DNA of 64,000 nt, from assembly GCA_965221905.1 (NCBI GenBank), contig OZ244922.1:2432001-2496000 (forward strand). Direction: 5' to 3'. A program made the translations under genes and the position numbers. Below, one piece after another: positions 10,890 to 19,076 of this stretch. Position 1 is the first letter of the stretch. Each line of letters starts with the position of its first letter. The notes beneath the pieces are model-generated. The model made no database searches, was not told where the DNA came from, and was given only the letters and a program-made list of their open reading frames with translations. Origin of the DNA: Chloroflexota bacterium. GTDB lineage: Bacteria > Chloroflexota > UBA11872 > VXOZ01.

Positions 10890-11168
10890 AACTGGACAAG
10901 ATTGCGAGCTTCCGTGTTGAGTTCGTTCTGGACCTCTAAGCCGCTGTTCTGCCCCGATAGGTTCCAATGAGCGTGGCAGTAAACTCCGAGAGGAAGTGGT
11001 CGCGCAGGAAGAAGCGAGCGGCAATGAACTTTGGAACGTCTCCCACAGGGAGGAGATTATTGGCAACCCTCCGCCAGCTCTCGGCTTGGCGAAGGTCGCA
11101 CCGCTAGTTCAGCGACAAGGAATAGCTATTGCTACTGTATAACGTGCAGGATCACAGGTTGTGGGTGT

Positions 11169-11858
11169 ATGACTGAACGCGAGCCGATTGAGGCTGTCAA
11201 GAACAAAGCCTATTGGCTAATCGAGCGCGTCGATGCAGCCCTAGAGGCTGGTGAGATTGACGAGTCCGAGTGGCACCGGCGTATCAGCGAATTCATCACG
11301 CACGCATATCTCTCTGCGGATACTCCCTGGAGTCAGTCCGGCAAGAGCGGGGACGTGCGGTCATGGGACTACGCACGGAGCCTCGTCTGCGACGCTATCC
11401 ACAAGGACGGCTCGTTCCTGGACGTCGGCTGCGCCAACGGATTCCTGATGGAGTGCGTCAAGAGGTGGGCGGCATTGAGGGGCCGCATAGTCGACCCGTA
11501 CGGTCTCGACATCTCGGTGGAGTTGGCCGACTTCGCCCGTAGTCGGCTGCCCGCTTGGGCCACAAGAATTCATACGGGAAACGTCCTGACGTGGCAACCC
11601 CCTCGGAGGTTCGACTTTGTGCGGACGGGATTAGAGTACGTACTGCCCCAACGGCGGCGCGAACTCCTGCAACGGCTCCTCGGCAAGTTTCTCGTTGAAG
11701 ACGGACGTCTCATTGTCGGAACCTACTACGGAGAGAGCCATGGGCCTGACTTGCTTGAAAAGGAACTCTCGGATTGGGGATTCACAGTGGCCGGGTCTAC
11801 GAGCCGCCCTCATCGCGACGATCGCCTCGTCTACCGCGTCCTGTGGATCGACAACTAA
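11169..11858 (+). CDS. class I SAM-dependent methyltransferase
   Basis: FLDVGCANG, YGLDIS, RFDFV motifs. Confidence 0.88.
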   Translation: MTEREPIEAVKNKAYWLIERVDAALEAGEIDESEWHRRISEFITHAYLSADTPWSQSGKSGDVRSWDYARSLVCDAIHKDGSFLDVGCANGFLMECVKRWAALRGRIVDPYGLDISVELADFARSRLPAWATRIHTGNVLTWQPPRRFDFVRTGLEYVLPQRRRELLQRLLGKFLVEDGRLIVGTYYGESHGPDLLEKELSDWGFTVAGSTSRPHRDDRLVYRVLWIDN

Positions 11859-12070
11859 TCTCCTCCTATTTGGGGACCAGCCCGGCGGTCCTCGCTTCTT
11901 GACCTCAACGCGCTAGTCGCCGCCCGGCCCATGAGGACCGTCGGTGGCCTCGCAGTCCCATCCTCATCTCAAACATAATTCTGCCTACAGTCAACTCTAG
12001 CCCACCAATTCAGCACACCGACTCTCGTGGGTCGACAGGCCAGAGAAACAGGCCGGTTGGATATCCAACT

Positions 12071-12664
12071 ATGAGAATCAAAATTACCTCAGGCCTGCGC
12101 AATCAGCCACCTGCGTTTTGGGTCAATCTTGGCGTAAAGGTCGTCTTGATCACCTTGCTAGCGTTCGGCGCCTTCTCAGGACTGCAGCAATTCGAAGGTA
12201 AGGCTTTTGTCTGGCGGCTAGCCACCTACCCAAATGCAGCCTTTGTGGTCCCCGTCATTTGGGTAATACGAGCGCGAGGATCGCATTACCCGTACGCCGC
12301 GGACATCCTGCTCGCCCTGCCATTCCTCATCGACGCTATCGGCAATGCCGTGGATTTCTATGACTCCATCTGGTGGTGGGATGACGTGAACCACCTCGCA
12401 ATCTGGGCGCTGCTCTCCGGGGCTGTCGGCGCTTTGGCCTGGAGAAGCAACGTCCGCCCATGGCAGACCCTGGCGTTTGTCGTGGGATTCGGTGCGGTAA
12501 CCGCAATCCTGTGGTAAATCGAAGGGTACTTTGCCTTCATCCGCTTCTCATCAGAACTTGAAACAGCCTACGTCGACACACTGGGCGACATGTCTTTGGG
12601 CCTGACCGGCGCGGTCTAGGCCGGACTGTTTGCCGCCCTGGCTCCTCACCGCAAGCAGTCATGA
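12071..12664 (+). pseudogene. integral membrane protein (DUF2238/VanZ-like) pseudogene
   Basis: WWDDVNH, AILW*IE and DTLGDM motifs continue in frame past TAA 12515 and TAG 12617. Confidence 0.7.
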
Positions 12665-12938
12665 TTGCCATGCGCTTGAGAAAGCTCTACAGGTTTTAGC
12701 GTCTTGCTGAGGAAGCTCCCGCAACCATCACACCGTTAGCCTTAAACGCTCAGGTGTCCTATGGTCGACAAGGCGTGGACCTATCTGTTGCCTGGGTAAC
12801 GATTGCACATCGTAGAAGGATGGAATTACACTATGGTTGCGGATTTCTAGACTTACTTGGGGCCTTGCCGTAGGCTAGATATAGACCCGAGGCACGAGCC
12901 GAAAACAGCAATCACGAGATGATTACCCGGAGAGTAGA

Positions 12939-13949
12939 GTGGCGAAGTACAAGATCATGGCACGGGGCCGACCCAATGTGCCTGGCGACTACACATTTGA
13001 GTTGGAGTCACTGAAGGGCGTGGATGCCCAGCTTGAGGAAGTCATCGCAGCGTCAGACGATGAGTTCGTGCATGGAGCGCAGGACGCTGACGCTCTCATA
13101 GTGAGGGGTGGGCCCGTTACAGAGAAAGTCATCAACGGGCTACAAAAGTGCAAGATCATCGCACTGGATAGTGTGGGCACTAATCACGTAGATATCTCGG
13201 CAGCTACGGCCAAGGGCATCCCGGTAACCAACTGCCCCGATATCAACATCCAGGAGGTTGCGGAACACACGGCGACGCTAATCCTGGCCGCTCACCGCCG
13301 GCTGCTGCTCATGGACAAAGTGGTCCGAGAAGGTGGCTGGTGGGAGGGACATCCACCTTTACGTCAGTTGCCCCGATTGTACGGTCAGACCCTTGGGTTT
13401 ATCTCCTTTGGAAATGTCCCCAGGGCCGTTGTGCCATTGATGAAGCCGTTTGGCCTCCGCCTCCTCGCCTACGATCCCTTCGTCATGGAGACCACAGTGA
13501 TTCAGCACGGGGTGGAGCCGGTCGGCTTGGAAGACCTGTTACAGCGGTCGGATATCGTCTCGAACCATCTGCCCGGATCCGGTGGCACGACCAAGATGAT
13601 TGGGGAAGAGCAATTCAGGCTGATGAAGCCCCAGGCGATATTCGTGAACACCGGCAGAGGCACCACCGTGGACGAGGCTGCTATGATACGGGCCTTGGAC
13701 GAAGGCTGGATAGCTCACGCAGCGCTGGACGTGCTGGAAAAGGAACCGCCTGATCCCAGCAATGCCCTGTTCAACATGGATAACGTCACTCTGACGCCCC
13801 ACGTGGCCTCTGCATCATCCAGGGTCTTCGAAGTGAGCAGACGTCGCGTGGGAATGGAGATCGCGCTGGTGCTGGGAGGCCGCTGGCCTATGTCTTGCGT
13901 TAATCCGTCGGTACTAAGCAACTCCGGCCTTCTGAAGTGGCAGTCCTAG
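12939..13949 (+). CDS. D-isomer-specific 2-hydroxyacid dehydrogenase
   Basis: VTNCPD, EVAEH, NTGRG, ALDVLEKEP, TPHVA. Confidence 0.92.
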   Translation: MAKYKIMARGRPNVPGDYTFELESLKGVDAQLEEVIAASDDEFVHGAQDADALIVRGGPVTEKVINGLQKCKIIALDSVGTNHVDISAATAKGIPVTNCPDINIQEVAEHTATLILAAHRRLLLMDKVVREGGWWEGHPPLRQLPRLYGQTLGFISFGNVPRAVVPLMKPFGLRLLAYDPFVMETTVIQHGVEPVGLEDLLQRSDIVSNHLPGSGGTTKMIGEEQFRLMKPQAIFVNTGRGTTVDEAAMIRALDEGWIAHAALDVLEKEPPDPSNALFNMDNVTLTPHVASASSRVFEVSRRRVGMEIALVLGGRWPMSCVNPSVLSNSGLLKWQS

Positions 13950-14042
13950 CCTTAGAACGGCCACACGAGTAGCCAAATAGTAGGCCCCGTCCATGCCTAT
14001 CTCGTACCGAGAGGGCTCAAGAGGCCGATAAGGAGAAAGTTC

Positions 14043-15680
14043 ATGAATGTCTTGGAGACGGTCGCCAGAATCCTGAAGTTGGAAGGCGTGGAGTGGGTCT
14101 CATGTTTTCCCTCCAACGAGCTTATCGAGGCCGTTGCCAGTGAAGGTATCCGCACCATCATGTTCAGGCAGGAACGTGGCGCAATCATGGCCGCCGACGG
14201 ATTCAGCCGTGTCAGTAACCGGAACAGATTCGGAGTGATCATTACCCAGGGAGGCCCCGGTGCGGAGAATTCCATGGGCGGTATCGCTCAGGCATTCGCT
14301 GATAGCGTTCCCATCCTGTACCTTACTGCGGGCCCAGCCCTGGACCGATACGCCGTTCGACCGGATTTTTCGCCTGTGCGCACCTATCAGAGCGTCTCCA
14401 AACGCGGCGAAGTCATCATGCAATCCAGTCAGGTTGCCAGCGCGATGCGCCGCGCGTTTCATGCCCTCCGTAACGGCACTCCCGGGCCGGTGATAATCGA
14501 GGTCCCCATAGATATGGATGATCAAGAGGTCCCGGAGGCGGCGGACTATCAGCCGCCCCGCCGGTCGCCACAACGTCCGTCAATCAACGATGTTAAGGAT
14601 GCTGCCAGATTGCTCTTGAACGCCAAGAAGCCGGTGATTTGGTCGGGAAAGGGAGTACTGTTTTCGGATGCAACCGGAGAACTGAAAGAGCTGGCCGAGC
14701 TTACCCAGATACCGGTGTTTAGCACCATGCCCGGCAAATCCTCCTTTGATGAGCGCCATCCCCTTTCTCTCGGCTCAGGCGGCGTAACAACAACCTTGCC
14801 TGCCCGGCGCTGGCTAGATGAATCCGATGTCCTTTTTGCCGTCGGTTCAAGTATGACCAGATCACCGTATGGACAGCCCATTCCCGATGGCAAGACCATC
14901 ATCCAAAACGTGGAGGGCATTGAAGACATCAACAAGGACTACTCGGTTTCCGTTGGACTGCCGGGGGACGCGAAACTCACCCTGCAGTTGATTATCGAAG
15001 AAGTGAAGGGGTTGATTGGCGAGACCGGACGGAAGGGACAGAGCCAGGTCTCAGCCGATATAGGTGATCTAAAAGCGCAGTGGCTGGACGAGTGGAAGCC
15101 GCTCCTAGAATCCGACGAAGTGCCCATCAACACCTACAGGGTAATCGGCGAGATGGACAAGACCCTTGACCGGGAAAACAGCATCGTTACCCATGATGCG
15201 GGCGCTCCCCGGGACACGATTTTGCCCTTTTACACCGCAACGGTCCCCCACAGCTACATAGGCTGGGGCAAGACTACCCACCTCGGCTTCGGCATCCCGT
15301 TGATGATTGGCGCCAAACTGGCGAATCCCGACAAATTCTGTATCAACTTTATGGGAGACGGTGCGTTCGGTATGTCGGGCCTCGACATCGAGACCTCTGT
15401 GCGGGCTAATGCCCCAATCACGACGGTTGTCCTAAACAACGGCGGCATGGCTACCTATCCGGGAGGGTATCCAACGTCGCGGAAACGGTTCGGCACCACC
15501 GAGATGACCGGTGACTACGCCAAAATTGCCGAGGGACTGGGTGCAGAGGGCATTACCGTCACAGACCCCTCCGAAATTGCTCCCGCTCTCATGAAGGCCC
15601 GACAACTAAACGCGGACGGCGCCACCGTGTTGCTGGACATTCACACCAACTTGGAAGGCCGCAGGTCGCGCTTCGACTAG
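14043..15680 (+). CDS. thiamine pyrophosphate-requiring enzyme (acetolactate synthase-like)
   Basis: RQERGAIMAADG, GPG, GDGAF...LNN TPP motif. Confidence 0.92.
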   Translation: MNVLETVARILKLEGVEWVSCFPSNELIEAVASEGIRTIMFRQERGAIMAADGFSRVSNRNRFGVIITQGGPGAENSMGGIAQAFADSVPILYLTAGPALDRYAVRPDFSPVRTYQSVSKRGEVIMQSSQVASAMRRAFHALRNGTPGPVIIEVPIDMDDQEVPEAADYQPPRRSPQRPSINDVKDAARLLLNAKKPVIWSGKGVLFSDATGELKELAELTQIPVFSTMPGKSSFDERHPLSLGSGGVTTTLPARRWLDESDVLFAVGSSMTRSPYGQPIPDGKTIIQNVEGIEDINKDYSVSVGLPGDAKLTLQLIIEEVKGLIGETGRKGQSQVSADIGDLKAQWLDEWKPLLESDEVPINTYRVIGEMDKTLDRENSIVTHDAGAPRDTILPFYTATVPHSYIGWGKTTHLGFGIPLMIGAKLANPDKFCINFMGDGAFGMSGLDIETSVRANAPITTVVLNNGGMATYPGGYPTSRKRFGTTEMTGDYAKIAEGLGAEGITVTDPSEIAPALMKARQLNADGATVLLDIHTNLEGRRSRFD

Positions 15681-15820
15681 CCAACTCAGGACCGGTAAAC
15701 TCTAGACTGGAATATTGGGCAATCACCCTTAAGCAGATTGACTCTTGCACGCGATACAAATTGCAGTGAGTGTCCTAACGCTCCCATCGCTATGCTGCTC
15801 GTTCGGCGTTACGATGACTT

Positions 15821-16477
15821 GTGGAGGAAAGTACTTTGAAATTTGATGCTGAAAGCCATCTGAATGCAATGGAGCGCTCCGTGTCGTTTCTGGACCGCGA
15901 CGGACGACCCGCTAGCGCGGTCACGCTTTCCCGCAGCTACGCAACGGCGGTTGAAAACCTGTGGGACGCTGTAACGAACAGCGAGCGTATTCCGCGTTGG
16001 TTCACGGGTATCAGCGGCGAGCTTGCACTCGGGGGGCGCTATCAGTTGGAAGGCAATGCAGGCGGGGTGATCACGGCGTGTGAGGCACTATCGCACTACG
16101 AGCTTACGTGGGAATTCGCTGGAGACGTCAGTTGGGTGGCGGTACGTCTCACCGGCGTTGGAGCCGACGGCATACGGCTCGCGCTCACGCACACCGCGCT
16201 CCTGTCGCCACACTGGGACGCATACGGGCCGGGCGCGGTCGGCGTCGGTTGGGAGATGGGTTTCCTTGGCCTCGCGTTCCACGTCGCGCGGCCGCATGAG
16301 CCAAAGCCGGACGAAATGGCGTTTGCTACTTCACCGGACGGCAAGGCGTTCATCACCGGCAGCAGCGAAGGGTGGGCGCACGCTGCAATTGCAGCCGGCA
16401 CGAACCCCGAAATCGCAGGTGCTGCGGCGAAGCGCACGACCGCGTTTTACACCGGCGAATCTGCGGATCCCGAATGA
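15821..16477 (+). CDS. SRPBCC/AHSA1 family protein
   Basis: LWDAVT..ERIPRWF, GGRYQLEGNAGG, GPGAVGVGWE. Confidence 0.88.
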   Translation: MEESTLKFDAESHLNAMERSVSFLDRDGRPASAVTLSRSYATAVENLWDAVTNSERIPRWFTGISGELALGGRYQLEGNAGGVITACEALSHYELTWEFAGDVSWVAVRLTGVGADGIRLALTHTALLSPHWDAYGPGAVGVGWEMGFLGLAFHVARPHEPKPDEMAFATSPDGKAFITGSSEGWAHAAIAAGTNPEIAGAAAKRTTAFYTGESADPE

Positions 16478-16581
16478 CACATGGGCGCTCTTGCGTCACA
16501 GCAAACCGGACAATATAGTGAGAATAACTACTGAATCCTTTGCAGTTTGTTCAGCAAATTGCCGTAGCAAAGGAGTACGTC

Positions 16582-17220
16582 ATGACGAAAGTAACTGCAG
16601 AACATAGAAGAGTCGGGTCTTCGTTCGCGATTGCAGCGATAGCCATCCTCGCGCTCGTGTTGGCATTCCTTTGGATGCTTGTAACCGTTGGACAAGTTTA
16701 CGCGTGTAAGTGTGTGACACCTGGAACTCCTACAGAAGAACTTGACAAATCTGAAGCGGTATTTGCAGGGAAAGTCTTTTCGGTTGTCCATTCCTATGAC
16801 CCAGAAGCAAAATCTGCCTCCCCTGAAGATCGCTCGACGATCGGCATGAATGTCAGCACCGTTTGGAAGGGAACCGTCCATGAGGTGATGTACATCACCA
16901 CACCGCCAACGGGTGGGAGTTGCGGGTTCACATTCGTCGAAGGAGAGGAGTACGTCGTGTACGCCTCCGACAGCCACTATGGTGACGACAGTTACACGGC
17001 TGGTATTTGCAGTCGAACTGCCCTCCTTGCGGAAGCGCAAACCGACATCGACGAGCTGGGAGAGGGTCAGGCTCCTCAAGCTGGCACGAGAGGCCCCGCG
17101 CCTGAGGAATCGGAAACCCCTGTAAGTGTTGGTTGGGCTTTTGCCTTGGTGCTTGCCGCAGCAATTCTCTTGGTGGGCTTGGGCGGATTCGTGGCTTATG
17201 CAAGAATAGGGCGTCGATAG
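16582..17220 (+). CDS. membrane-anchored TIMP/NTR-like protein
   Basis: signal/TM then ACKC, VFAGKV, WKG, SCG.F..GEEYVVYA, CSRT, C-terminal TM; AGGAG RBS. Confidence 0.7.
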   Translation: MTKVTAEHRRVGSSFAIAAIAILALVLAFLWMLVTVGQVYACKCVTPGTPTEELDKSEAVFAGKVFSVVHSYDPEAKSASPEDRSTIGMNVSTVWKGTVHEVMYITTPPTGGSCGFTFVEGEEYVVYASDSHYGDDSYTAGICSRTALLAEAQTDIDELGEGQAPQAGTRGPAPEESETPVSVGWAFALVLAAAILLVGLGGFVAYARIGRR

Positions 17221-17532
17221 GCCCCAGGCCGCACTTCCGGCATCTTCCACGCTCGGCCTGTCACAAACCATTTGGACCCGGCGCTGGGTCGCCGAATATG
17301 CCATGAATGACAGCCTTCCAACGGAGACTGTTGCCGAACTTCGGTCTTCCCTAACACGGCCCGCCACACATGAGTTGGCATCGATCTGACGAACAGGAAA
17401 CGTAGCAAGTCAAGTGGTTTCACCAAAAGTCGACCAGTCCGGGCTAGACAAAAAGCCGCGCCAGTGCTTTTGCTCAAGATTGAGAGCTTGCAAGATATTC
17501 TGCGGGTCTAATTCATAGCTTGGAGTCACATC

Positions 17533-18636
17533 ATGAGAATTCGCTCGAGTGAACCGGAGTGGGAAGGACCGCGGGCGCACGAAGTCGTGGCCGCAACAGC
17601 GCCGAAGGGTAACTATCGCGCTGCCGTGGTGGGCTGCGGGCGCATGGGCAGTACCATCGACGATGAGCACGTCGGCAAGCCCCACTATCCGTGGCCGTGG
17701 GCCCACGCCCCGGGGATCATCGAGGCGCGCAACGTGGAGCTTGTGGCCGGCGTGGACGTTGATCCCAAGCGACTCGCGTATTTTGGCGAACGCTGGGGCG
17801 TAAAGACCCTCTACGCCGACCTGCGAGAGATGGTGGCTAAAGAGCAACCTGACATCGTGTGCGTCACCACCGGGCCCGCAGAGCGCGCCGAGGTTGTCGA
17901 AGCTTTAGCGGAATCCGGCGTAAAGGCGATCTACGCCACTAAGCCCATGGCACGTACCCTCGCCGAAGCCGACTCGATGATTGAAACCTGCCGTCGCACC
18001 GGGACCATTCTCGCCATTGCCGCCCATCTCAATTGGTATGCGCCCTACACCAATGCGAAAGCCCTCATCGACAGCGGCGAAATTGGGGCGCTGCGCTCGA
18101 TGGTCTGCCATAGCCCGCTGCCCCTTTCCAACATTCACAGCCACACCCTATGTCTCTTTAGCCTATTTGCCGGAGCTCCGGCGCGGTGGGTCCAGGGACA
18201 CATGGACGACCCGGAAGCGGCTAAGACCAATGAAGACCAGCGCGGCTCCGGCATGATTGGATACGAAAACGGCGTATTGGGGTTCCTAAACTCCCACGCG
18301 GCCTGGCGGAGTTGGACCATGGAGTTTCACTGCGAGCGCGGCCGCGTCCTGACCCGCAACCACCACGCCTGGTTCGAGCTATGGGGTCGTGGTGAAGAAG
18401 AGCTGGATGGTGAGTTCCAACGCCAATTCCCGTTTCCATGGCATTCGCGTAGCTCGATGGTTGACGCCATCGAAGGCGTCGCTCGCTCAATCGAAGCAGG
18501 CGTCGAAACAACCTGCCCGGGCGAATTCGGCCGCGAGGCGCTAGAAATCGGCATCGCCATACGAGAATCCTACCGTCACGGTGTCCGCATGGAATTGCCG
18601 CTGCAAGACCGCAGCCTCCGCCTCGGCGGCAGCTAA
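17533..18636 (+). CDS. Gfo/Idh/MocA family oxidoreductase
   Basis: VGCGRMG, PDIVCVTT, TKPMA. Confidence 0.9.
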   Translation: MRIRSSEPEWEGPRAHEVVAATAPKGNYRAAVVGCGRMGSTIDDEHVGKPHYPWPWAHAPGIIEARNVELVAGVDVDPKRLAYFGERWGVKTLYADLREMVAKEQPDIVCVTTGPAERAEVVEALAESGVKAIYATKPMARTLAEADSMIETCRRTGTILAIAAHLNWYAPYTNAKALIDSGEIGALRSMVCHSPLPLSNIHSHTLCLFSLFAGAPARWVQGHMDDPEAAKTNEDQRGSGMIGYENGVLGFLNSHAAWRSWTMEFHCERGRVLTRNHHAWFELWGRGEEELDGEFQRQFPFPWHSRSSMVDAIEGVARSIEAGVETTCPGEFGREALEIGIAIRESYRHGVRMELPLQDRSLRLGGS

Positions 18637-19076
18637 TCAGAATCGCATTGCCCTATAGCAGCGTCTGGGGCAAATCACTATGCTACAATGAACTAGGGAA
18701 AGGTTCGATATCAACGCAGGCAATACCCAACCAAATTGGGCGGCCATCGGCTAGAGATTGATGGAGATACGACCCGTTTGGTGTCGTTTCGCAAGTCAAC
18801 GATAACCGCTTTATGTTCCTCTCGTGTCTCCATCGCTACTAATCCAAGGGCAAGCTTGGGCAGATCAAATGGTTGTTTTAGCCAAACCTCGCCACACTTG
18901 TAGTGAGATTCTCCGGCGCGGGGTTACCCCAGTAGGCGGCTAACACGTCACCACGCTTGGCCGAGGGCAATTCTGCGGATTAGATCAACAGGATACGCGG
19001 TTACGGTACGACGGAGTACCGGTAAGCCGCCCAGACAGCAGTGCCGCTTTAGAACGGAATCAGCAAGGAGATCACG

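Noticed and set aside
12515-12619. Stop-codon reassignment or pyrrolysine read-through
   Set aside because: The first stop is TAA, and TAA, TAG and TGA all end normal genes in this window.
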